Shown here: positions 24,499 through 37,088 of the stretch, one piece after another
How positions within the stretch are numbered: the first letter of the stretch is position 1
Layout: each line of letters begins with the position of its first letter
Notes under the pieces: generated by a model
What the model was told of the DNA's origin: nothing
Seen by the model: the letters and a program-made list of their open reading frames with translations, nothing else
Database searches by the model: none
Assembly: GCF_036321535.1 (NCBI RefSeq)
Contig: NC_087437.1
Location: forward strand, 108,936,001-109,000,000
DNA: 64,000 bases
Source: Camelus dromedarius
Taxonomy: Eukaryota
Reading direction: 5' to 3'
Position numbers and translations under genes: made by a program

Positions 24499-27400
24499 TA
24501 AAGAGAGGAACATGGCCTACAAGGGATTATTTTTGGTTTTTTGGGGGGGGGCAGCATAAAGGAGATATCAGAGAAAGGGAGATAATTCAGAAAAGATTTT
24601 TCTAGAAAAGATGGGAAGTGAGTTGAGTTGCAAAGGTGCAAGCCAAAACGTGTGGAAGTGCAGCTCAGGTAGGTGGCATCTCAGGGGAAAAGGCAGTGGC
24701 ATGTTCAGAGACTGGCTGGAATCTGGTTTGGCCAGTATGAGAAGGTGTGAGTTGGGTGGTGAGAAAGCCAGCCAGATGGCTGAGTAGGGCTGAGTGACTC
24801 CACACGTGTCAAAGTCTCACTCTTCTGAGCACCCCTGCCCCCTTCACCTCGGCCAGACTTTGTGAATGGACAGGATAGAACTTTCTGCCTGGGTGAAAAT
24901 TTCATCCTTACCCAGCTGAGCAGGGTTGGGCGTTAGCCTCTCCCTGTTAATAATGAAGAAGAAACACCAGGAACATTTTGCAAGGGTCATGAATTGCTCA
25001 ACCATTTGCATTTTTTTTTCAAACACCAGTGTCAAAACAACATCTCGAGTGAAGATGAGGAAAAAGTGAACACTAATGATGACTTATCAAAACAAGAGGG
25101 ATGGCGTGGGAAATGCAACTTTAACGGCATTTGTAATTTTTTTCCACTTTTTAAATTACAACATCCATTTGGCATTGTATAGTAAGTAAACATGGTAAAT
25201 ATATGAAGCTATATGACAAATATATAATGAAACAGACAAAAATAACTTATTTCTGATGCAGAAAAGAGATAGAAATACTTCTATAATCTTACTGAGCAGT
25301 TACTGTTCTCCAGGTAACAACATATGTAATTTCCTTTAATCTTGACAATACTATAATACTATTGTATATATAAGTATATACAGCAATACTGTAACAATTG
25401 CTACATGCATCTTGCTGAGGTTCATAATGTTTATTTGCTCATCTATGATCACTGGGCTAGCAATTAGATATTTTGGAATATTTGACTCCAACATCTATAT
25501 TGTTTCCATTACATCATACTTTGTAGACAGAGACCCATGTGTGAATAACAAGTACTGAGCACTATGACACATATGCTGTGGGAGCAGAAACTGGGGGACA
25601 TCTACCTCTGTCTTGTGGACATCAAGGATTACTTTGCAGGGGAAGTGATCTTGAGCAGTGATTGACAAAATTCTCTTACCTTCTAATAAAATTAATAGCA
25701 TGATGCATGAAGAATACTCACAAGTAAAAGAAGTATTAATAATTTTAAAACCAGATATTGCAGGTCATTCTAAAAAGCTCTCATGAGGTTTCTGTAATCT
25801 GTTATTAAGTGTTCCACATTGATGACACACACTTAAATTCTCATACTTGCTTCCTTTTTCTGTTAAACGCCCACTAATAACATTCGTCATAGTCATTAAA
25901 TGGTCATTATTTATAATCTTCAGCTACTTATATGATTATAGTCTGGTACCACTTTTGTTAGAAACACTACACATTCACATAGAAATATGTTTTAAATGTC
26001 TTTATAATTCTATAACCTCTGTTAAGAGTTATATAGTGGGGTTGAGTAAATTCCTCCCACATAATTATTCCAATTATATAAAATGTTACTTACATAACTA
26101 GACTGGTGTTATAGTTGTAAAATATTCAATTCTGTAATTATGTAAGGTTGGAATAAGTAAAAAGAAAGGTCTGAAGTTTTAGCAACATATTCCCTAGAGA
26201 AAAGCTGGATAGTTCTATTACTATATTCAAAAAAATACAACTATCATAATAAGATATGAAAACAAAATGTTTTTCAATGTCTTGTGATCTCAAAGGACAT
26301 TAATTAAATTTTAATTTGAAACATCAAAGAGAGTTAGTCTTGAATATGCTCTAGTGAGATGGGCTAATTTTGCTGTCCTCTTTTAACTTAAATCTGGCTT
26401 CCAAAACCTCTCTCCAGGATATCCTTTAGACAGATCTTAACTCCTTTTGGTTAAACAATTTGTATGTTACCTTAGAAGCTTTGCAAGTTTTTTTTTCGTG
26501 TGTGTGTATAGAAAAAACTATTGAAAAATGCCCAGAGCACAGCCCTCAGTAACCTTAGACACCTAAGTTTGACTGATTTTTCTCACAATGACTGTTCAGA
26601 AACCACAAGAAGAAGGTAATTTCTGGCCTCGGCTAGAAAATTTGCAAGGAAGTTACCTTATTTGAATTTCAGATGTGTTCCTCAGGGAGTCTTATAAATT
26701 TGAAGCTTATACTTATTAAAAGATAAATTTTCAGTGAGGATACAATGATGACTTTCATACAATATAAAATGAACTTGTATCAAATATTTTACTTAGGAAT
26801 GAATGGCAGACCAACAGATCCTGCAACCAGTTCAAAAGCGAAGCACACATTTATAGCCAAAGAATGTGAAATGGATTTACAAATAGATGCAAAACTGGTC
26901 AAACTGGTCAATATCCACAGGAAAGCAATTTGCATTTTTATGGACAGGAGTTATTTGCGTTGCCATCAGTTTTCTCCAAGTTCACTTCTATACCTAAAAG
27001 GTTGTGAAATAGTCTGGTCAGAGGCAAAGGCCTAGATGACCCGGATGGATGAGCTAGACAGGATGCTTAGTACATTTCAAAATCTTTCACACATTTTTCT
27101 CATGTATTTTTTTCCTTTAAAGGGTGTTTTTAGTGCATCTGACATCTTTGTATTTATAAATAATTCAAGATTCAGAAATTGGCTAGTGAATAAAATTAAT
27201 TGCTGGGGGTCAAAGGTTCACATCCAGGAATGTGGCACTGAAATTCATTTTGGATAACAACATAAAAATTGAGGATTCTTTTGAGGGTCTTGTATTAACG
27301 AATTACACTTTGAAATACAAATTGAAATATCATTCTGTTTTCTGTACAAGGCCCATGAAATGCAATATAAGCATTCTGAATGATTTGGATCAGTTACCCA

Positions 27401-28867
27401 GCTACCCCAATCTCCCTGTCACTCACAGATCCACCTCCATAATAATAACAACAAATAAGACCAAATAATACTAAAAACTGTGACAACCAAGTCTTACCAA
27501 CCCCTTAACGTGTGCCAGTGTGTTTTATCTGTGTTTTTTTTAGGTGTTTTACCTATAACTTTCAAAAATTGATTTTTATAACACCACATGCAGTGGGTAT
27601 AATTATGCCTGTTTTATAGAATAACAATGTGTGCCTTTGTCACTCTAAGTCCCCTTTTTAATAAAGAAGAACAAATTTTAAACAAAGGTGTTTCAATGAA
27701 TGAACTGAATTAGAGTATTTCAAAAGTAGCCTGGTTCAGCAAACTAAGCAGCAATCCTTTTCCAGCTCTGGCTTCCTCACCAACTTGCCTTCTTTCTCCT
27801 CAGGTTTAAGTAATGGGTAGTGTTAGGGAACTGCTGATGTTTAATCTCTGGGCAATGTTCTGAGAACACTCTCAATGCATAAAAACCTCAATTATTCTTT
27901 TTCTTTATGAGTAGAGAGAGCTGGAAAGGGCTTGAGAGCTTCACTTTAATAGATTTAGAGACTGGAACTGTTGACTTCTCGTCATCCGGAGAGACAGCAT
28001 CTGAAAGTCATGCAATGAAATTACAAAACAAACATCATTTGGGGAACTGAGATACGATCTGGATGACCCACGTCAGAAAGCTAATTTATGTTCACACTTA
28101 TCCTCTCTTCTTGGCACTCCTCTGTCTCCTTTCTTCTTCTTTGTCTCTTTTCTCTCTATTGGCTTTGTATGCTTCAAGAGTCATTTAGTACCTGACTACA
28201 CAAAGAAAGAAATATGCTATATTTGACTTTCTTTTTTTGCCTACTCTAGGGAACTAATTTTAGTGTCTGTTATGTTTATTTTACAGATGACTCTTCTTGT
28301 CTCTTAAACTCTGACTTGCTCTGTGTTTTAATGTCCCTGCTTTGCATTGTGGCAAAAAGGAAACCAAAAAAACAGTCGCTATACGAAGGGCACCCTCTAA
28401 AAAAAGATGGCTTCCCCCAACCCTGACTGAGCTTTCTACACCCCACCGATGGAAAGGGCTAGAATAAGGAAGTAGCATGAGTCATTACTATTGCCACACC
28501 CTCAGGAAAACCCCTGCTCCCTCTTCCTCTTGTGCTGTGTCTACCCTAGGTCCTGGGTCACAGGCGGTAAGTTTTCAGAACATATATTCAGGAGTTTTCT
28601 GTAGGAACGTAGCATCGATTTATAAAAGGAAGGACAGGTGCAAAAAATCTTTGAAGAAAAGAAGAATGTATCTGATCCAAACTGATTGTTTGGAAGTGGG
28701 AATGTAGTTTCTGTTTCTTGCATATCCTCTAAGATTGTTAAGAGGACTCCTAGACTAGCCACCCAAGCATACCCTACGGCCAAGTGGCTGAAGTTTAGGT
28801 AGTGCTGTTTCTGTGGAGAAGATACATTCAGCTTTCCAGTTGGGTTAACAGGAATGTGTTCAATGAA

Positions 28868-29948
28868 ATAAAAAGGAAACCTCTGGAATAGGAGAAAATA
28901 TTTGCAAACCATACATCTAATAAGAATTAATAGCCAAAATATCTAAGAAACTCATACAACTCAAAAGCCAAAAAAAAAAAAAAAATCTGATTAAAAAATG
29001 GATAGAGGAACTGAATAGACATTTTCCCAAAGAAGACATACAAATGGCCAACAGGTACACAAAAGGATGCTCAACATCACTAATCATCAGGGAAACACCT
29101 CAAAACCACAATGAGGTATCACTTCACACATGTTAGAACAGCTATTATCAAAAGACACGTGATGACAAGTATTGGCAAGGATGTGGAGAAAAGAGAACCA
29201 CTCTGCACTGTGAGAGGGAATGTAAATTGGTATAGCTACTAAGGAAAACAGTATGGAAGTTCCTTAAGAAATTAAAAATAGGATTACCATATGATCCATC
29301 TATCACACTTCTGGATATGCAGCCAAAGGAAATGAAATCAGTATCTTGAAGGGATATCTTGCACTCCCATGTTTATTACAGGATTATTCATAATAGCCAA
29401 AATATGGAAACAACTTAAGTGTTTGTCTACAAATTATTGGATAAAGAAGCTGTGATTATATATATATATGTATATTATGTATGTATATAATTCAGCCATA
29501 AGAAGGGGGGAAATCTGCCATTTGTGACAACATGGATGGATTTTGAGATACTGTATGATCTCATTTATATGTGGAATCAAAATATTCAAACACATAAGGG
29601 TTGCTGTCAGGTGGTTGTCAGGAGCAGGGGGCGGGGGACATGGGGAAATGCTGGTCAAAGAGCACAAACTTTCAGTTATAAGATGAATAAGTTCTAGGGA
29701 ATCTAATGTATAGCTTGGTGATTATAGTTAACAGTACCATATTATATGCTTGTAAGTTGCTAAGAGAGTATATCTTAAATGTTCTCATCACAGAAAAGAA
29801 GTGGAAATTACATGAGGTGGTGGAGGTGTTAACTAAACCTAGTGTGGTGATCATTTCACAACACATAAGTGTATCAAATTATGACATCATACACCTTAAA
29901 CTTAAACAATTCTATATGTTAATTATGTTTCAATAAAGCTGGAAAAAA
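28868..29948 (+). mobile_element. L1MA-like ORF2 3' end plus 3' UTR
   Basis: GAGAAAATATTTGCAAACCATACATCT...CAAATGGCCAACAGG...ACCATATGATCCA...CAATAAAGCTGGAAAAAA; ORF2 is disrupted. Confidence 0.9.
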
Positions 29949-29949
29949 T

Positions 29950-31570
29950 GAGGTGTACAATTCAGCGATTTTCAGTATATTCACAGAGTTGGGTAAATAT
30001 AACCACTGTTTAATTTCAAAATGTTTTTATTACCTGCCAAAGAAACCCTGTACTTATTAGTGGTCACTCCTCCCTTTCCAGCCTCTGGCATGCACTAATC
30101 TACTTTCTGTTTCCATTGATTTGTGTATTCTGGACTTTTCATATAAATGGAATCATACAATATGTGGCCTTATGGATCTGTTTTTTTCACTTAGAAAAAT
30201 ATTTTTAAGTTTCATCCATGTTACAGCATTTATCAGTACTTCATTTTGATGCCTGAATAATATTCCAAAACATGGATATACCACATTTTGTTTATCTATT
30301 TAACAGTTGATGAACATTGGAGTTGTTCCTACTTTTTAGCTATTATGAAAATGCTGTCATGGATATGAATTTATACAATTTGGAGGCAGCATATGTTTTT
30401 AATTCTTTTGGACAGGCGTAGGAATTGGTATATACGTAGGAATTACTGAGTCAACTCTTTGTGTTTAACTTATTGAGGAAACGCCAAACTGCTTTCCAAT
30501 ATGGCTACATCATTTTACTCTCTCTCCAGCGATGTCTAAGGCTTCCAGCATTCCCACATCCTTCCCAATTGTTCTTATTGGTCTTTTTGATTGTAATCTT
30601 CTAGTAGGTATGATGTGGTATCATTCTGTGATTTTTATTTGCATTTCTCTAATGACTAATGGTTAGTATCTTTTTATGAGTATTTTTTACAAGGAGGAAA
30701 TTCTTCCTCCTTTCTTAATTGAGTTCTTTTTATTGTTGAATTGTAAGAGTTTTTTTTTTTTTTTAATATATTCTAGATACAAATCCCTTATCAGATATCT
30801 AATTTGTAAATATTTTCTCCAATTCTGTGATTTGTCTTTTCATTTTCTTCATCGTTTTAAACCACAAAAAAGTTTTACTTTATATGAAACTAAATTAATC
30901 TATTTTTTTCTTTTGTTGCTTGTGCTTTTAGTGTCATATTTAAAAAAACCATTGGCTAACTCAATGTCATGGTCAATTTTGAGGTAATTTTTATATGTGG
31001 TTTTATGTAGGGGTTCAATTTTATTCTTTTGCATCCAGTTGTTTCAGCACCATTTGTTGAAAGGATTATTTATTCTTTGAATTGTCTTGTTATCCGTGCC
31101 AAAAATCAGTTGACCATCAATGTAAGGGTTTACTTCTGAACTCAGTTATGTTCGATTGATCTATGTCTATCCTTGTGCTGGTTCCACACTGTCTAAATTA
31201 CTGCAGCTTTGCAATAAGTTTTAAAACTGGGAAGTCTAAATCTTACACCTTTTTTCATTTTTTTCAAGATCATTTTATATATTTTGATTCCAATGAATTT
31301 CTATGTAAATTGTAGGACCAGCTTGTCAATTTCTGCAAAAAAAGGCAGCTGGAATTTTGATAGGAATTGAGTTGAATTTATAGATCAATTTGTAGAATAT
31401 TGCCATTGTAATGATAGTGTCTTCTGATCCATTAATATAGGATATCTTTGCATTTTCTTAGATATTAATTTCTTTCAGTGATTTCAGTACAAGTCTTATA
31501 TTTTAAAAAATTACTTCTTTTTTTTTATGCTCTTTAAAATGGAATTGTCTTCTTGATTGTATTTTTGAAT
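29950..31570 (-). mobile_element. L1MB-like 3' UTR / ORF2 fragment
   Basis: GTGTACAATTCAG...ATATTCACAGAGTTG...CAGCACCATTTGTTGAAA...GGAATTTTGATAGGAATTG. Confidence 0.85.
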
Positions 31571-32810
31571 TATTATACTTCACTTTAATTTTTTAGACAC
31601 GGTTTCTTTTAGTTCATTAGATGATTTAAAAGTCTTTAGTTAATAAATCCAAAGTCTTGACTTTGTTGGAGAGAATTAACTGATTATTTTCTTTTGCATG
31701 GGCTGTATATTCCTATTTCTTTTTTGTGTGTCTCATATTTTTTGCTGTTGAAAACTGGATATTCAAATTTATATATTGTGGTGGCTCTGAAAATTAGACA
31801 TTCTCTTCTCCCCAATATTTGTTGTTGCTGGGTTTTGTTTTTGTTATTATTGTTGCTGTTTGTTTATTCATTTGTTTGTAACTTTTCTGGACTAATTCTA
31901 TAAAGTCTGGCTTCTTTGTTATGTGTGGCCAGTGAAGTCTCTGCCTGGTTAGCTTAAAGTCAACTAATGGCTAAACAGAGATTTCCATAAATGTTCTGAT
32001 TGGACATCTCAGCCTTTGCTGATTGGCTCTATGTGTGTGTTGGGGTATATCTTCAATGACCCTGCAAGCAGTTGACAACTCTGCCTTAGCCTTTACTTTC
32101 TCCTCGCGCAGACCGTCAAGGCAAGTTAGCAATGAGAGGTTAGGACCTTCTTAGGTATTTCCTGTGCAAGCACACAGCCCCATACAGGGTCTTCTAGATT
32201 TCTAAGAATATGTGTGAGCTTTTCAAAGTCTTTTATGGACCTCTTATTCGCCAGTTGTTCTTTTTAAGTGTTTTGGCTAGTCCCACCTGGTAACATCATC
32301 TCAGGCAGCTGCAATATTAAGCAATTGTCACTGATTTTTTTTTTTTTTCCAGCAAATTCCCTAGAGTTGGGGCTGTTGGCACAGAGCATGTTCTGAGTCA
32401 GGTTACATAAAGATAAGCCCTGAGAATGGGGATTTTCAATGAGCTGCCGCACTGGTCAAATCTTAACAATTACGGGGCTTTGGGGAAGTTCCAAATCCAT
32501 TCTGCCCCGTCCAAGGGCTGCTAGGCTGCTAGTTTGCACAACTACCACAGTTGTGAGGTCTTTTGTTTTCAAGGTTACCATGGAGATGGGAAAGGAAGAT
32601 GGGATTAGGTCAAGTTACACTGCCACAAAACAGCTAGCTGTTCTTACCAAAATTCAGCGATTTTTCTTGATAAACACTTCTTGGAATTTTTCAACCCTTC
32701 AGTTAATTTCCAGACTTTGGAAAAAGTTGATTTGGACAATTTTTAGCACAGCTTTTATTGCTTTTATGAAGGAGCAAATTTTTGAAGATCCTTAATCTGT
32801 CATTTAAGAA
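31570..32810 (-). mobile_element. Old L1 (L1M4/L1MC-like) 5' region
   Basis: TTGAAAACTGGATATT...GTGTGGCCAGTGAAGTCTCTG...GACAACTCTGCCTTAGCTTTTACTT...GCTTTTATGAAGGAGC. Confidence 0.55.
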
Positions 32811-33759
32811 GCACTCTCCTTTCTTTTAGGATGTTAAAAGATAATTTAAAAAATGTAAAATTGTGATACACAAATCATATGACTACTAAATGAACACACA
32901 CTAAGGATTTTATTTAACCCATTACTTAATGTGGGACCCAGTGCAATATTACAAATTCAAGAGAGAATTAAAAGAAACACACACACACACGGGCAATTGA
33001 GAATGCTGAAATAGTTTTACAAATAGATGCATATCTGGTTAATGCTTATAACCCAATGATCAATTTTATTTCACAGGGCTCAATTCACTTGCATTTCTAC
33101 AGACAGGAATCATTTGTATTATTATCAATGTTCTACAACTTTCAGAGTCATAAAATAGCTGAAAGACAGTAAAAGTCAAAGATACACTAGAAGGGTAGAT
33201 AGACAGGATGCCCCTTAATTTTTTTGCCCACATCAGTCTTTTACAATTTTTCCTGATGTAGGAACAGAGAGTGGATGGTGTAGGGAGGAGCTGCAGCATG
33301 ATTGGAAAACCTCTGTTTAACCCACGTCACTGGGTTGGGCATTTCTCGTCTTAATTACTATGAGCTGCTCTATTTCTGTTTGGTACACAGAAGACTGGTC
33401 TGTCCTGTTTGTCGCTGGCATTTTCTAGCAGGTTAAACTATGCTGTACCATGTGGTAACCTCTTAGTTCTGTAACATGTCTTCCATACATTCTCCCATGA
33501 CGTTCTTTCCAGTGTTTTCTACGGTAGCCTCTCTCTGCACAACCCCATCTGATTAACCGCAAAGGCTGCACTGATTGGTGCAAAGGTGATCATTACTTCT
33601 TCCCTGATGCCTTGACTGTCTTTGAAAACTCTCCTATCAGTGACTTTCACTTAAGTATAGGTCACCACTTGCACTGAGCAAAGTAGTTACCTATGAACTT
33701 AAGAACCAGTGAGACCTCAGAACTTGTATTCAGAACCTCACTTTTCACAGTATAGGAAA

Positions 33760-33985
33760 ACTACTCCAGGAAGTATTAATAGGTTTACTATGAAGAAAGC
33801 ATTATGCGTGATCAATTCTCTTTCTTGAAGATTCATAATGTACATTTGTGTTAAAGGTGCTGAAAGCCTTGTAGTAAAGGAACTTATCCAACTATGTTTA
33901 ACTCAACATTTTTCAGACTTCTTTGAGCATGGACCATTTTTATTGCTGACATACCTAATTTCATCCAGTTTGGGAAAAGCAAATG
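33760..33985. mobile_element. MER112-like hAT-Charlie fragment
   Basis: CTTGAAGATTCATAATGTACATT...TTAAAGG...GTAGTAAAGGAAC...TTTAACTCAACATTTTTCAGACTT. Confidence 0.45.
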
Positions 33986-34141
33986 TAGAAGATTTGAGGT
34001 GATGTATAAGACCATATATTTACAGATCCTCTTTCATTCTTTAAGGATCAAATAAAGTAAAATATATGAGGGCTGGTCTTAGACAAGAAAGCTTCAATAT
34101 AAATGTGAGTTATTTAGTCATCATGGTAGTTGAATCTATCA

Positions 34142-34295
34142 CAGCTTTGTTACTCAAAATGTGCCCTATGGAAGCAAAGCATCAGATTACCCGGGAGTCT
34201 GCAGAATCTCAGGTCCTAATCCAGACTTATTTTATCAAAAGCTGTGTTTTGGCAAGATGTCTTTCTGATGCTCTCTAAAGTCTGAAAAGCACTGA
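34142..34295. mobile_element. MER5-like hAT-Charlie
   Basis: TACTCAAAATGTG...GCAGAATCTCAGGTCC...AAAGTCTGAAAAGCACTG. Confidence 0.6.
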
Positions 34296-36131
34296 TGAAA
34301 GAACTTTGCATTCTTATACTTCCTGACAGAGGTTAGCTCAGTCTTTTCACCTCCTTCTCTCATTGTCTATTCATTTAGAACTCATTTAAATGCTTCCGTT
34401 TCTGGAAATTCAGAACGTTTACCGCTGATTTCAATCCAAACCTTTGGTACTCTTTCTTTTCCCTGAATTCTAATATCATTGATGATTTATTTTTTAGAGA
34501 ACTCTTGCTGGGCCTGGGACAATTCTAAGGGGACCATAGTAAACTTAAAAAAATTAATAACATTCCCTAAACTGTTGAACATCGTCAATTAGTTATCCAA
34601 AGGCTGTCTTAAGTCTTCCTTTAATTTTAAGAAAGGGTGGAGGGGGTGTGTATGAATGATCCTTTTTATTTAAAAAAGTTTCCTAAGAATTAAAAAATTT
34701 GCATATATGAAAAATAATATTCTTTATCACAATAATTTATTTTCAGAAGTCTGGCACAAGAACCATATAGTGGTAGCCACAGAAAATATCACACAAGCAC
34801 GTATGCAGAATTCTCTAGCAGAATTGTTTCCCTATGAGCTTCAGTGCCCCAGGATGAGGTTGAGGTGTTGTTCTGTGTTGGCGGCCAGATTGCCTATAAA
34901 GAAGATATGTCTTTTCAGTCTCCCTATAATCCACTGAAATTTTAAAAACATAATAATAATCAGGATCTATGAGTTAAACATAGGTTTTTCCCACTCTAGG
35001 CAGTTAAATAATATTCTGGCTAAACATTAGATAAAATTTCTGAAATCTGAACATGCCTTCACTAGACGATGAATATGGTCTTTGATGACCTAATCCTCCA
35101 AGTTTTTCCAGAGGAAGCAGTTAGAGAAAAATTTAAATTCTGGCAAAGATTTCTTCAGCTTTTTCTTTGGTAGAGAAGAGCTATATAATGAACTCTAAAA
35201 TTCTCAAAACTCATAATTTTTCTTATTCCAAGCAAATAAAAAAGTCTCTAGTTTTATCAGCTTCTAAGATGACAGAATTCCAAAAGTGTTTCTGAAACTT
35301 CTCTCTTCTTTAATATTCGCACAGATATCTGTCCACATCAGCAAATAATGTAGCCTTAACATATTAAAAATGTATCATGTAAAAAAGGAAGTGAAATTTA
35401 TAAATACGGGAAAAGAATATGATACAAAGAAGTGCATTGTACATGCTTAGTAGAAAAACCACGAAAACGTCTGAGAAAAAGCTAAAAGTGTGAGGTCACT
35501 AACTCAACATTTTAAATCCCTCAGTGCCGAATTTTTATGGTTTGCAAGCAATCTGAAAGGCATTCAAGCTTCTAGGAAAAAGTTTTGCAGCGTTGGATTT
35601 CTGCCCGTCTTTTGGCCCAAGAAAGGCTGTTTAAAAATAGAGTTATCAAGGGAACTTCGCCTGTCTCTAAAATGAGGAATAATTTTATGTTCTTACAAGC
35701 TCCTGAGATCACATACCTTCATACTTTACAAAAGCTCAAATTCACTGAGGATTAAATGATTAAGAATCTAGTCATGCATAGAAAACAGGACTTGTTTTCT
35801 AAGTGTCAAAAATGATTGGCTCTGAAACTCTAAAATAACATTGTCCAATAGAACTTTCTGTAATGATGAAAATATTCTATATCTACACAGTCCAATATGG
35901 TAGCCACTAGCCACATGTGGCTATTAACACTTGACACATGACCAGTGTAACTGAGAAACTATTTAATTTTTTAAAAATTTCTTCCTTTAAATTGAAATAT
36001 AATCAACATATAACATTGTACTAGTTTTAGGTGTACAACATAATGATTTGATATATGTACATATTGTGAAATGATTACCACAATACATTTAGTTAGCTTC
36101 CATCACCACATAGTCACAATTTTTTTCTTTT

Positions 36132-36288
36132 TTCAAATTCTAATTGTTTTTTGAGGGGGGGAAGGAGGTAATTAGGTATTTACTTATATTTATTTATTTG
36201 TTTATTTCTAGAGGAGGTACTGGGGATTGAACCCAGGACCTCAAGCATGCTAAGCATGCGCTCTACCACTTGAGCTATATCTTCCTCC
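36132..36288 (-). mobile_element. Vic-1-type SINE (long-tail form)
   Basis: Full core. TSD CAATTTTTTT(T)CTTTT at 36117 and 36289. Confidence 0.9.
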
Positions 36289-36330
36289 CAATTTTTTTTC
36301 TTTTGATGAGAACTTTAAGATCTACCTCTT

Positions 36331-37088
36331 TTTTTTTTTTAATTGAGGTCTAATCAGTTTACAATGTTGTGTCAATATCTGGTATACAGCACAATTCTTC
36401 AGTCATACATGAACACACATATACTCATTTTCCCCTTCTTTCTCGCCATAAGCTACTGTAAGGTATTGAATATATTTCCCTGTGCTATACAGTATAAACT
36501 TGTTTATCTATTTTACACATACTAGTCAGGATTCGCAAATCTCTTCCCACCCACCTCCCCTCAGCAACCACAAGTATGTATTCTGTGTCTGAGGGTCAGT
36601 TTCTCTTTTATATATAAGTTCATTGTCTTTTTTTTTTTTTAATTTAGATTCCACAGATGAGTGATGTCATATAGAATTTTCCTTTCTCTTTCTGGCTTAC
36701 TTCACTTAGAATGACATTCTCCAGGGACATCAATGTTGCTGCAAATGGCATTATTTTATCATTTTTATGGCTGAGTAGTATTCCATTGTATAAATAGACC
36801 ACAACTTCTTTATCCAGTCATTTGTCAATGGACATGTAGGTTGATCCATGTCTTGATCCATGTCTTGTAAATAGTGTTGCTATGAATGTTGGCATGTGGG
36901 TGTCTTTTTGAACTAGAGTTTCCTTCGGATATATGCCCAGGAGTGGGATTGCTGGGTCACATGGTAAATCTATTTTTAGTCTTTTGAGGAATTTCCATAC
37001 TGTTTTCCACAATGGCTGCACCAAACTGCATTCCCATCAACAGTGTAAGAGAGTTCCCTTTTCTCCACACCCTATCCAGCATTTATAT
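36331..37088 (-). mobile_element. Young camelid L1 3' end (~760 bp)
   Basis: Includes an ORF2 C-terminal remnant ([32 protein letters not shown]). Degenerate TSD GATCTACCTCTT / GATCAACTCTCTT at 36319 and 37089. Confidence 0.9.
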
